From positions 352,001 through 416,000 of the forward strand of contig CAWFJP010000031.1 of NCBI GenBank assembly GCA_963816145.1: a DNA stretch of 64,000 nt, given 5' to 3'. Position numbers and translations under genes: made by a program. Position 1 is the first letter of the stretch; each line of letters opens with the position of its first letter. The stretch comes from an uncultured delta proteobacterium (GTDB taxonomy: Bacteria; Desulfobacterota; Binatia; UBA9968). Under the pieces are notes generated by a model, which was given only the letters and a program-made list of their open reading frames with translations, made no database searches and was not told where the DNA came from. Below are positions 49,619 through 59,059 of the stretch, in pieces.

Positions 49619-50344
49619 CTAGGGCGCCAAACTTTCCATCAAGCGGCCAAATCCTTTCACTTTTTCCTTAATGTCGATCAATTTCATGGCGTACCAGCTG
49701 CACGCCAAGCTGCTGGTGATGACCGGTTTGCCGATTTCATCTTCGAGGACTTGGACATCGGTGATGGTCGGCCAGCGCGGACAGGCGATAAAAACGCCGT
49801 CGGCATCGCGGCCTTTAGCGTAAAGCCGCTTGGCGATCTTGTACGACGCGTGCACCGGCAGGTCGGTGAGCTGAGCGTTCTTGCGCACGCCGTAACCGGC
49901 GATCTGCAAAACCTCGAAGCCGCATTGTTCAAGATGGCGCTTGAGCCGTTGATTGATCTCATCTTCATAGGGGGTACCGACAACGAGCTTCTCGCATTTC
50001 ATGGCTTTGAGCGCTTCGACTTCGGCGGTCAAGCCGGCGGCTACTGGAACGCCGAACTTGTCGGAGAGCTTCTTGCTCAATTCCCGATCGGCGCCGAACG
50101 GCAATCGGGTGAATAGCGGCGAGCCGCTGAAGATGATCGAGTCGCAGTTGTTGTCGACCAGGTCCTGCACCGCTTCTTCGATGCGGCTCAATTGCACCTC
50201 GAAGTCGCTGTCGACCAGTTGGCGCACGGTGCCCGTGGTGTTGAGCATCATGAAGCCTTCGGGAAACATTTTGTAAAATTCGTAGACCAGAGTGTCGCCG
50301 CGCGATGGGGCGACGTGACCGATGCGAGCGCGCCAGCCGTACAT
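49619..50344 (-). CDS. Arylmalonate decarboxylase / maleate isomerase / Asp-Glu racemase family
   Basis: GWRARIG, VGTPY, IACPRWP, GKPVITS. Confidence 0.87.
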   Translation of the reverse strand: MYGWRARIGHVAPSRGDTLVYEFYKMFPEGFMMLNTTGTVRQLVDSDFEVQLSRIEEAVQDLVDNNCDSIIFSGSPLFTRLPFGADRELSKKLSDKFGVPVAAGLTAEVEALKAMKCEKLVVGTPYEDEINQRLKRHLEQCGFEVLQIAGYGVRKNAQLTDLPVHASYKIAKRLYAKGRDADGVFIACPRWPTITDVQVLEDEIGKPVITSSLACSWYAMKLIDIKEKVKGFGRLMESLAP

Positions 50345-50371
50345 ATCTTACCTCCTGCGGAGTTGTCCAAG

Positions 50372-50438
50372 GTTCAAGGGTTCAACGTCAGATTCGTATT
50401 GCTCGGTTCCAGTGGTTCCAGATGTTCCAATCGTTCCA
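50372..50438. repeat. GTTCAA/GTTCCA repeats, 9-nt period
   Basis: GTTCCA at 50406, 50415, 50424, 50433. Confidence 0.7.
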
Positions 50439-50443
50439 TAAGT

Positions 50444-51331
50444 CTATGCAGGCCAGCCGTAGAGTCTTGCCGGATTGTCAGCCAGAATGGCGTTGCGGGT
50501 TCTTTCCTCCGGGACGGTGGCAAGGAGGAAATCGAGCAGATCGCCGTCGTCGGGCATCGGCACACGCACGCCGCCGTGAGGCCAATTGCTGCCCCAGACT
50601 ATATTGTCCGCGCGGTTGCCGACGATGGTGTGAACGACATCGACCATGTCACGATAGTCCGGCGGGCCGGCTTCTGACAACTGGTAGAAGCTGTAGAGAT
50701 TGATCCAGGCTTGCTGTTCGTTTTTGAGGATTTTCAGCAGCTCGGCAAATTCTTGATCTCCGCCGGTCATGTGCGGCTCGGCGTGGGCGACATGGTCGAA
50801 CATGTAAGGGACCTTGAGTGAATTCAGGAACGGCACGGCGCCGATCACTTCCTCAAGAGACTGCGACATGAACTCGACATGCCAGCCAAATCCTTCGGTG
50901 CGAGCGGCCATGCGCTTGCTGTCGTCGAAGGAGAGGCCGCCGCGGCCGTTGGTTTTGATGCGGAATCCGCTGAAGCCACCCTCTCTTAATTCGACAAGTT
51001 CTGAGTCGGTGATCGACGGGTCGAGTAGGGCCAAACCTTTGAAGCTGCCGTTCATGCGTCTCAGTGCGTCGAGGGTGATGGAATTGTTTGTCCCGTTGCC
51101 GCTGCCGGTGACGATGACGGCGCGCTCTAAGCCGAGGGTGCGATGAGTCTTCAAATAATCGTCCAATGTTGAGTGTGGATCGGGATCGTAGCCGCGCTCG
51201 GCCACCAGCGGATAGCGATCGAACGGACCGTAGACGTGCAGATGGGCGTCACAGGCGCTTGGCGGCATTTTGAAGCGCGGTGCGTGGGGATTTGGATTGG
51301 GCGGTTTTACCGGTCGCATGATAGCTGGCAA
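50444..51331 (-). CDS. Amidohydrolase_2 family (LigI/PDC-lactonase-like)
   Basis: ACDAHLHVYGP, LGLERAVIV, FDHVA, WGSNWPH, DNPARLYG. Confidence 0.88.
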   Translation of the reverse strand: MPAIMRPVKPPNPNPHAPRFKMPPSACDAHLHVYGPFDRYPLVAERGYDPDPHSTLDDYLKTHRTLGLERAVIVTGSGNGTNNSITLDALRRMNGSFKGLALLDPSITDSELVELREGGFSGFRIKTNGRGGLSFDDSKRMAARTEGFGWHVEFMSQSLEEVIGAVPFLNSLKVPYMFDHVAHAEPHMTGGDQEFAELLKILKNEQQAWINLYSFYQLSEAGPPDYRDMVDVVHTIVGNRADNIVWGSNWPHGGVRVPMPDDGDLLDFLLATVPEERTRNAILADNPARLYGWPA

Positions 51332-51464
51332 TGTAATGCAAAAGCGGCATAAATATCCAGCTCATTTCAGCTTATCGCCGAATTGGCTTGACGGCGCGGG
51401 GTGTTTTGCTTAGCGTACGGTTTGATCAATCACCAACCAATCTTATACTTGGCGGAGGTAAGTT

Positions 51465-52628
51465 ATGGCAGAGGGAAATCTGCAATTGTTCTTGCTCGGC
51501 GCGGAAAGACTGCTACGTTGCCGGTGGGACGGCCGTAGTGAAAACGTCGAGATCCTCAACAGCGCCATGGACGGCGAAACCTTGCGGGAAGTGGTGCGCG
51601 ATCCATTCAATCCCAGAAAACTCTACGCCGCGACGCTAACCGAGATTCATGTCAGTGAAAATAACGGCGAGAGTTGGCAGTGGTTACCGTCCGGCGGTAT
51701 CGATTACAGAGATATTTGGACCATGGCGGTGCATCCGACACGGCCCAATGAAATCTACGTCGGCACCTTGCCGGCGGCAGTCTATGTCAGCGAGAACGGC
51801 GGAAGGTCTTTTCGCGAGCTTGCGTCGTTTCGCAATCTGCCCGACTACAACAAATGGACTTTCCCTCCCGGCGCTCATGTCGCTCATGCGCGTTCCATCG
51901 CGCTCGACGCACGAGTGCCGGACGAGATCGTCGTCGGTATCGAGGAGGGCGGCGTGGCGCGCAGTCGCGACCGGGGCACGACCTGGGAAGATATCAGCGG
52001 TCCAGCGAGTCCAACAGCCTTTCCCAAGGTCAACGATCCAGCCGGGATCGTGCCGTACGAGATGGGCAAACATGAAGAAGGCCGCGTGTATCGCGACGTT
52101 CACTGGGTGACACGCCATCCATCGCGCTTGGAAACGCTCTATGCCAGCACGGGCATCGGCACCTATCGCACCGACGACGGCGGCAAACACTGGACGAAGT
52201 GCGAGTACGGGTTGGGTCGTGCCTATGCGATTCCAATGGCGACCCATCCAGCGGTGCCGGATCGAGTTTTTCTTGGCGCGGCGGAAAATGGTCCGGCCAC
52301 CTGGGCTGGTTATCGGACCGTACGCGCCGGGCCATACAATACGGTTAAGTTTAGCCGCAATGCCACAGCAGAGACCGGCGGCGCCAAGACCCAGATTTTA
52401 CGTAGCGACGATGCCGGCAAAAGCTGGCGCTATCTCACGGGCGGCCTGCCTGCCGGCACCGAGCATATGACCAGCGGCTTTGCTGCCCATCCCGATGATG
52501 CCAACACTCTGTGCGTCGGTTATACCGACGGTTCAGTTTACGCGAGCAACGATGCGGGGCTAAGTTGGCGCCGATTGATCGTATCGCTGCCAAAGCTTTA
52601 CGGTATAAGATTGATACCGGCTGTTTAG
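51465..52628 (+). CDS. BNR/Asp-box beta-propeller protein
   Basis: Repeated S-x-D/N-x-G-x-S/T-W motifs (SENNGESW, SRDRGTTW, SDDAGKSW, SNDAGLSW). Confidence 0.85.
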   Translation: MAEGNLQLFLLGAERLLRCRWDGRSENVEILNSAMDGETLREVVRDPFNPRKLYAATLTEIHVSENNGESWQWLPSGGIDYRDIWTMAVHPTRPNEIYVGTLPAAVYVSENGGRSFRELASFRNLPDYNKWTFPPGAHVAHARSIALDARVPDEIVVGIEEGGVARSRDRGTTWEDISGPASPTAFPKVNDPAGIVPYEMGKHEEGRVYRDVHWVTRHPSRLETLYASTGIGTYRTDDGGKHWTKCEYGLGRAYAIPMATHPAVPDRVFLGAAENGPATWAGYRTVRAGPYNTVKFSRNATAETGGAKTQILRSDDAGKSWRYLTGGLPAGTEHMTSGFAAHPDDANTLCVGYTDGSVYASNDAGLSWRRLIVSLPKLYGIRLIPAV

Positions 52629-52794
52629 CAGGCGATGGAAACGCTGAATAATCGGTCGTTTCTGTAGCTTTGTGGTTGGATTGGACATTTTATATAATTT
52701 CGTTTTGTAGCAAGAAATGGTTGACAGGGTGAGCGCAATGCTTCACAATTAGCCAATCAAATCAGTCCAGGACGGGGCTGGAAAGGTGGTTTCG

Positions 52795-53352
52795 ATGAGG
52801 GAGCAAAAGCGTATTTTGCACAATGGATTGAAATTGTTGGCGATTACTTTGTTGGTTTCATGTGGTAATCCGGTAAATCCGCCGCCGCCGAAATTTACGG
52901 GGGAGAATCTGCCCGCTGAGAAGCCAAAACCAGCGGCGCCAAAGCCACCGGCGCCGCCACCGGCGCCTAAGACAAGCTTGGACGAACTGCAAACTGGAAA
53001 ACCGGCGGCGGCTGGCCCGCTGAAAGACATTAACTTCAACTTCGACAGCGCCGCTCTTTCAGAAGCAGCACGCACGACGTTGCGAAGCAATGCCGATTGG
53101 CTCAAGTCCAACGCGACGGCGCGTGTGCAGATCGAAGGACATTGTGATGAGCGCGGTGCTGCCGACTACAATATGGCGCTTGGCGCCAAACGCGCCCAGG
53201 CGGCGATGGATTACCTCGCTACATTAGGTGTCGCTGCCAATCGTATGTCGACGATCAGTTACGGCGAAGAAATTCCCGTATGCAAAGAAAAGACCGAGGC
53301 TTGCTGGGCGCAGAATCGGCGTGACCGATTCGTTGTTACTGCCGCGAAGTAA
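52795..53352 (+). CDS. pal: Peptidoglycan-associated lipoprotein (OmpA-like domain)
   Basis: Lipobox LVSC; IEGHCDERG..YNMALG.KRA; ISYGEE; AWAQNRR. Confidence 0.9.
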   Translation: MREQKRILHNGLKLLAITLLVSCGNPVNPPPPKFTGENLPAEKPKPAAPKPPAPPPAPKTSLDELQTGKPAAAGPLKDINFNFDSAALSEAARTTLRSNADWLKSNATARVQIEGHCDERGAADYNMALGAKRAQAAMDYLATLGVAANRMSTISYGEEIPVCKEKTEACWAQNRRDRFVVTAAK

Positions 53353-53380
53353 TATTCGATTAAGCGAAAAACAACTCGAC

Positions 53381-53418
53381 AAAAAGGCCCATGTCATTAT
53401 GATATGGGCCTTTTTTTT
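53381..53418 (+). terminator. Rho-independent terminator
   Basis: aaaaaggcccatgtca-tta-tgatatgggcc-tttttttt. Confidence 0.9.
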
Positions 53419-53569
53419 CGCCTGGAATAGTTGGATGTCTGAGCAATTCAACTCTCGGGCACTGATTGGAGTCACGTAAGCATTGACATAGAAAGTGAGC
53501 CTTTGTTAGGTTCGCACGTCGCTGTACGTGTGCGAGCGACAATTTGACCCAGCAAAAGAGGCGGCATCA

Positions 53570-54310
53570 ATGCGATACGGTTGGCGAGCAAGAATCGGTC
53601 ATATTGCGCCGGCAATTCTCGACACCTCGGGCGAGGAGATGCGCAAGTTGCTTCCCGCCGGTGTGCTGCATGTCGGTTTAACGATCAGCGAGCCGATTCA
53701 AACTCTCGGACCAGAGCAGGCTGCGGCAGCATTTGAACGCATGGTCGATGCCGGCAAACGTTTGGCTGCGGAGAAAGTCGATGTGCTGATCTGTGGCGGT
53801 GCGCCGGTGGCGCTGTCCAAGGGGCCAGCGGGAGATGCCGAGTTGGCAGAGCTGTTGCGGCAGGAGACGAAGTTGCCCGTGGTGACGGCGAACGGGGCTG
53901 TCGTCGATGGCTTGCACAGTTTGGATGCGCGCACTGTGATCGCCGTAAGTCCGTTTATCGATGCACGGAATCTGGAGATCAAAAGTTTTCTCGAAGCGAG
54001 CGGCTTCGCAGTGGCGGCGACCAAAGGGCTTGGCCTCACCAAGAATATCGACTTTGCCAGTCAATCTCCTGATGCCGCGTACTCGCTTGCTTATGACGTT
54101 GCGAAAGCGCATCCGGAAGCCGATGCGATTTATATCGCCTGCCCGCGCTGGCCGTCGGTGGATATCATCGCCGCGCTGGAAGCGGATACCGGCAAAGCCG
54201 TCGTTGCCGCGCCCGCTGCGATGGTTTGGGGCGCGCTGAAAGCGCTGCGGATCAACGATTGCAAGCCGGGTTTCGGCCGACTCATGGAAAGTCTACGGGC
54301 GGTGCGCTGA
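53570..54310 (+). CDS. AMDase/maleate isomerase family, paralog of 49619-50344
   Basis: YGWRARIGHIAP, VSPF, IACPRWP. Confidence 0.87.
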   Translation: MRYGWRARIGHIAPAILDTSGEEMRKLLPAGVLHVGLTISEPIQTLGPEQAAAAFERMVDAGKRLAAEKVDVLICGGAPVALSKGPAGDAELAELLRQETKLPVVTANGAVVDGLHSLDARTVIAVSPFIDARNLEIKSFLEASGFAVAATKGLGLTKNIDFASQSPDAAYSLAYDVAKAHPEADAIYIACPRWPSVDIIAALEADTGKAVVAAPAAMVWGALKALRINDCKPGFGRLMESLRAVR

Positions 54311-54365
54311 ATCGACTCGTGCGTTCAACGACGGTGATTCTGCTTTCGAATTGAAAGGATCTGCC

Positions 54366-55379
54366 ATGATGCTTCGACGATCCGTAACGGTTTTTGCCTG
54401 GACGCTGGTTGCTCTCGGTCAATTTCCTACCACACCCACGGTTGCGCAGGAACGCTTCCGGGTTTCTTACGGCGGATTCAACGAGACCGCAACATCGATG
54501 TGGGTCGGCATCGAGCGCGGCATATTCAAGAAATACGGCATCGACGCGCAAATGGTTCAGGTGCGTAACGGCGCGCTGAGCGTGGCAACTCTGGTCGCGA
54601 AAGAAGTCGAAGCGGTCTGGCCGGCGCAGTCGACGATCTTGAGCACGGTTACCGGCGGCATCAAGCTCACATGCATCGGCGGTCCGGTGAATAAGATCCC
54701 GCGCAATCTCATGGTGCGCAAAGAGGTCAAAAGCGCCGAAGATCTGCGCGGAAAAACCGTCGGCGTGCAAAGCATCGGCGGCGGATTGTGGCTGCAAACG
54801 ATGATCATCCTGGATCACCTCGGTGTCGATCCGGACAAGTATGGCATAAAAGTTCGCGTCATCGGCGATGAAGCGACGCTGGCCCAGGCGATGATCACGA
54901 ACAATATCGACTTCGGCGTGATCACCTACGGATTGAGCGAAACCCTCTACCCGCAGGGATTCAAATCATTAGTCGACGCTGCCGAGATTTCGGCTCCTTA
55001 CCAGGGCCCGGAAATTTGCGGGCTGAAAGAATCCGTCGCCAGCCGCAACGAATTTTACCTGCGCGTCATCAAAGGGCTGGCAGAGGCTGTCGCCTTCATC
55101 CTCGATGACAACAATAAACCGGAAGTAACCAAAGTGGTGCAGCGCAATCTGCGCCTGAGCCGAAACGACGTGATCGAAGGTTCCTACAAAGTGTTGCGCA
55201 AGATGACTACGCTCGACATGGCGCCCAACGTTGCCGCCTTCAAATCCGTTCAACGCATCGTTGCGCGCATCAACCCGAAAATCACCCAGGTCGATCTCGA
55301 CCAGGTCATCGACGCAAGCTTCGTGCGTCAATTGGAGTCGAGCGGCTTCTTGGCGGAGCTGCGCAAGAAGATCAAATAA
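54366..55379 (+). CDS. NMT1/SsuA-type substrate-binding protein
   Basis: GIFKKYGID, DLRGKTVGVQSIGG, DASFVRQLESSGF. Confidence 0.88.
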   Translation: MMLRRSVTVFAWTLVALGQFPTTPTVAQERFRVSYGGFNETATSMWVGIERGIFKKYGIDAQMVQVRNGALSVATLVAKEVEAVWPAQSTILSTVTGGIKLTCIGGPVNKIPRNLMVRKEVKSAEDLRGKTVGVQSIGGGLWLQTMIILDHLGVDPDKYGIKVRVIGDEATLAQAMITNNIDFGVITYGLSETLYPQGFKSLVDAAEISAPYQGPEICGLKESVASRNEFYLRVIKGLAEAVAFILDDNNKPEVTKVVQRNLRLSRNDVIEGSYKVLRKMTTLDMAPNVAAFKSVQRIVARINPKITQVDLDQVIDASFVRQLESSGFLAELRKKIK

Positions 55380-55396
55380 CCGGCGCGGCGGTCATC

Positions 55397-56362
55397 TCAG
55401 GAAAACAAATCCAAGGTTTCCTTGGCGAACAGTTCGTTGACGGCGAATTTGTGCTTTGTCAGCCCTTGTTCATGGGAATAGAGCGTCGCTGCTTCCAGGG
55501 TAGCCGCGTTACTCTTCACGCCGTACGGCGCGATATCCTTGCCGAGCACCTGGCGGGCGTATTCCATATCCAGATTTAGCCACGGAAGCGACGCCAACCC
55601 CTCGTCATAATCCTCGAAGGCCAGCTCCTTGGCGGTTTGGAAACCTTGAGAAAGGCTCACGGCCAAGGATGGATCCTGTTCGTAGATCGCCCGGCGCATC
55701 ACCGTCATGTGCATGATCGGGTAGATTTTCGTACGTTCGTAATACTGCGCCTCGACCGCGCGGCAATCGGGAAACAAGCGCGCGACCAGCGGCGACCCTT
55801 GCAGAAACGCCCGTGGCGGAGATGTGACCGCCACAGCGTCGAGCTCGCCCGCTTCGAGCAAGCCGTCGAGCGTCTGATCCTTGCCGATGTTGTTGATGCG
55901 GATGCCCGGTGGCATGTCGATGGCGACATGTTCGGCGCGGCGGCGAAACCAGTGAATATCCTGCGGCGCGACGCCGTACTCATGTTGCAGCAAGCCGCGC
56001 ACAAACAAGAGAGCCGTCATCGAATAGTCGGCGATGCCGACCTTCTTGCCTTTGAGATCCGCCGCTTGGGCGATGCCTGCTTTGGTATTGACCCAAATAT
56101 AAGAGTGGCGAAACACACGCGAGGGAAAAACCGGGATGGCGACAAAGCGGCGGTCGCCCTTGCCCATGGCGATCATGAAGTTCGATAACGACATTTCCGA
56201 AGCGTCGAATTCTTCGTCGTGCAGCATGCGCAGAAAAATCTGCGACGGCGGCGAAATGTTGACGAACTTCAGATCGACGCCGTCGACTTTCACCCGGCCG
56301 TCGGCCAAGGCGCGGCAGTGATCGTAGTCGCGCATACCGATGGTGATGGTTCGATTTGCCAT
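55397..56362 (-). CDS. 4,5-dihydroxyphthalate decarboxylase-like protein (SBP fold, no signal peptide)
   Basis: DYDH.RAL.DG.V, EFDASEMSLS, IPVFPSRVFRHS, IYPIMH, PYGV. Confidence 0.85.
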   Translation of the reverse strand: MANRTITIGMRDYDHCRALADGRVKVDGVDLKFVNISPPSQIFLRMLHDEEFDASEMSLSNFMIAMGKGDRRFVAIPVFPSRVFRHSYIWVNTKAGIAQAADLKGKKVGIADYSMTALLFVRGLLQHEYGVAPQDIHWFRRRAEHVAIDMPPGIRINNIGKDQTLDGLLEAGELDAVAVTSPPRAFLQGSPLVARLFPDCRAVEAQYYERTKIYPIMHMTVMRRAIYEQDPSLAVSLSQGFQTAKELAFEDYDEGLASLPWLNLDMEYARQVLGKDIAPYGVKSNAATLEAATLYSHEQGLTKHKFAVNELFAKETLDLFS

Positions 56363-56527
56363 AGGTCCTCCGCTTGAAGCGTCGCAAATGTAAGTTGAAT
56401 ATGCTGCGGAAGTCAATCGGAAGACGGACACGGCTCCCGATTCGCTCTGTATCTGGCTCAACTCCTTATCTGGCTAGTGGACAGGTTCAGGTTAATGGGA
56501 TAATGGAGAGTCGAAAGGCGTTGGCGT

Positions 56528-56968
56528 ATGGAGAAACTCAAACTCGATGCTGTGGTGCACTGGTCGATCCCGGTGAATGATTTGGAAGCGGCTGAGCAAT
56601 TTTACGGCGAGATTCTCGGTCTGGAGCGTGTCGGCCGCTTGGCCAACTCGCCGATGTCCTGCTTCAAGCTCGGTAATCACAACATTCTTCTGTGCCAGCG
56701 CAATGATCCGGTCCAGCGTACCGTCGAGCAAGATGGCCGGCTGCACCATGCCTTCGATGTTAGCCCCGAGATGTTCGACAAGGCTTGTAAATTATTTCAC
56801 AAGCTCGGGATTAAGATCCACGAGCCGGTGGATTATCGTCCCGGCGGATTTTTCACCGGACGGCAACTCTTCGTTCTCGACCCCAGCGGCAATCGTATCG
56901 AGTTGCGCGACGCTGGCTGGAAGAAGGGCATGCCGACGCCGACCTATGAAGAAATCGTCGCATCTTGA
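56528..56968 (+). CDS. VOC/glyoxalase family protein
   Basis: HWSIPVNDLEAAEQFY, HHAF, DPSGNRIEL. Confidence 0.9.
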   Translation: MEKLKLDAVVHWSIPVNDLEAAEQFYGEILGLERVGRLANSPMSCFKLGNHNILLCQRNDPVQRTVEQDGRLHHAFDVSPEMFDKACKLFHKLGIKIHEPVDYRPGGFFTGRQLFVLDPSGNRIELRDAGWKKGMPTPTYEEIVAS

Positions 56969-56980
56969 CGCTGCGCGTCT

Positions 56981-57010
56981 GTTCAAATGGTTCAAAACGT
57001 TCAAGTCGTT
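56981..57010. repeat. GTTCAA repeats, 9-nt period
   Basis: gttcaaatg gttcaaaac gttcaagtc gtt. Confidence 0.65.
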
Positions 57011-57045
57011 GTAGATGGGCCATCGCTGCGCTCGGCGAGGTAAGC

Positions 57046-58044
57046 ATGATGAAGCGCTTGGGTTATCTCGGTCATTTTGTACTATTGGCGAACTTATTAG
57101 CCGTCGGTGATTTGCCTGGCGCTGATAAGATTCGCGTCAGCGGTGGCGGTATGACGCCGCTTCATTCGCTCATTTGGGTGGCCAACCAGGAAGGCCTGTT
57201 TAAGAAATACGGCATGGACGTGGAGTACCTGGTGATGAACAGTGGTACGTTGGGAGTGCAGACGATGCTGTCAAACGACAGCCAGTTTCTCTTCTCAACC
57301 GGCGCGCTAGCGGTGACCGCCAATTTACAGGGCGCGGATATCGCGATGATTACCGGCGGTTTTAATCTTTTCGCTTTTAAATTGATTGGCCGGCCGGAAC
57401 TACGCGGTGTGCAAGATTTGCGCGGCAAAAAAATCTCCATCAGCCAATTCGGTTCGGCAACCGATTTCGCGGTTCAAGCAAGTCTGGAAAAGTTCGGCGT
57501 CGACCCCAAACAGGTGACGGTGATTCAGCTCGGCGCCAGTTCCAATCGACTTGCCGCGCTGACGAACGGATCTACGGACGCTTCGCTGTTTACCGAGCCG
57601 TTCGCAACCATGGCGATTAAGAAACACAAAATGAATTTGCTTTTGGACATGGCCGAAGCGGGCATGGCTTATCCGCAGAGTTGTTTGATGATCAAGCGCA
57701 GTTATCTCGACGCCAACCGCGAAAAGGCGACCAACTTCGTCAAGGCGTTGGTCGAAGCGCTGTTTATCGCGAAGCGGGATCGCGCCATGACCATTCAAGT
57801 GATAAAAAAATACATCCGCGCGGACGACGAAGTTTATGGCATCGGTTACGACTATTTTTTGGGAACCCACGCCGAGGGGCTTTTGAGTATGCCGGATCGT
57901 AAAGGCGTCGAGCTGGTGATCGCCCAACTGGCAAAAACCAACCCCAAAGCGAAAGGTCAGACGGTGGATTCATTGAGAGTGATGGAACCGAGCATTCTCG
58001 ATGAGCTTAAGAAGAGTGGGTTTATCGATAAGGTGCGCAAATAA
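57046..58044 (+). CDS. NMT1/SsuA-type substrate-binding protein
   Basis: GLFKKYGMDV, DLRGKKISISQFGS, ILDELKKSGF. Confidence 0.88.
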   Translation: MMKRLGYLGHFVLLANLLAVGDLPGADKIRVSGGGMTPLHSLIWVANQEGLFKKYGMDVEYLVMNSGTLGVQTMLSNDSQFLFSTGALAVTANLQGADIAMITGGFNLFAFKLIGRPELRGVQDLRGKKISISQFGSATDFAVQASLEKFGVDPKQVTVIQLGASSNRLAALTNGSTDASLFTEPFATMAIKKHKMNLLLDMAEAGMAYPQSCLMIKRSYLDANREKATNFVKALVEALFIAKRDRAMTIQVIKKYIRADDEVYGIGYDYFLGTHAEGLLSMPDRKGVELVIAQLAKTNPKAKGQTVDSLRVMEPSILDELKKSGFIDKVRK

Positions 58045-58059
58045 GCCGAGCTATACAAC

Positions 58060-59007
58060 ATGAGGGACACAACATCGCCTTCTCATTATCCCTTCGTACC
58101 GCTACCCGACCGCGGGCCGTTGCGCTTTCCGGGCGGCGCGCAGTTGGCGTTAATAATTACCCTCAACTTGGAGTTTTGGGAGCCGTCGCGCGCTGGACAG
58201 AAGGAACCGCTGTTTACCGGCGGGCCAATGACGATCCCTCACGCGCTGCCGGGGGACGTGCTCGACACCGCGAACTGGACTTGGCGCGAGTATGGCCAGC
58301 GCGTCGGCGTCTGGCGCATGATCGAGATGTTCGACAAGACCGACGTCAAGCCGTCCTGCACGATCAATGGCATGACCATGACCGAGCGCCGCCGCGTCGT
58401 CGATGCCTGCAATGAGCGCGGTTGGGAACTGGTGCCGCATAATTGGGTGCAGAACGATTTGCTGACCTATTATGCGCACAAGCCCGATGAAGAGCGCGCC
58501 GTGATCCGGCGCACCCTCGACACTTACGAAAAAGTTGTCGGCCGGCCGGCGCAGGCATGGCTGTCGTCGGCGATCCGCGGCACGGCGCACACGCCGGCGT
58601 TTCTGAAAGCGTTTGGCCTGATCGCCTACTGCGATTACCTGAACGACGACCAGCCGTACTTGATTCACACCACCCATGGGCCGATCGTCTGCGTGCCTTA
58701 TTCCAACGATATCAACGACTTCAATCTGTTCGCCCGCGGCGGCATGTCGGCGTCGGCGGGATTAGAGACCTTGAAAATCTGCTTCGATCAACTTTACGCT
58801 GAAGGCGCCGGGACCGGGCGCATTATGAACCTCGGCCTGCATCCCCATGTGATGGGCCATGCTCATCGCATCGGCGCCCTGCGCGAGTTCGTCGAATACG
58901 CCCAGGCGCGCGCAAAAGTTTGGTTTACCAGCCGGGAAGAGATGGCGCGGTGGTATTTGACCGTTCATGAAACGCATATTGCGTGGGACGAAGAGGGTAA
59001 GGGGTAA
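58060..59007 (+). CDS. Polysaccharide deacetylase family (PuuE-like)
   Basis: FPGGAQLA, WREYGQRVGVWR, ELVPHNW, DDQPY, GLHPHVMG. Confidence 0.88.
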   Translation: MRDTTSPSHYPFVPLPDRGPLRFPGGAQLALIITLNLEFWEPSRAGQKEPLFTGGPMTIPHALPGDVLDTANWTWREYGQRVGVWRMIEMFDKTDVKPSCTINGMTMTERRRVVDACNERGWELVPHNWVQNDLLTYYAHKPDEERAVIRRTLDTYEKVVGRPAQAWLSSAIRGTAHTPAFLKAFGLIAYCDYLNDDQPYLIHTTHGPIVCVPYSNDINDFNLFARGGMSASAGLETLKICFDQLYAEGAGTGRIMNLGLHPHVMGHAHRIGALREFVEYAQARAKVWFTSREEMARWYLTVHETHIAWDEEGKG

Positions 59008-59059
59008 GGGGTGACGGGCGAGGAGTCAGGGGGTTTGGAGAACAAATTGGGAGTTGAAG

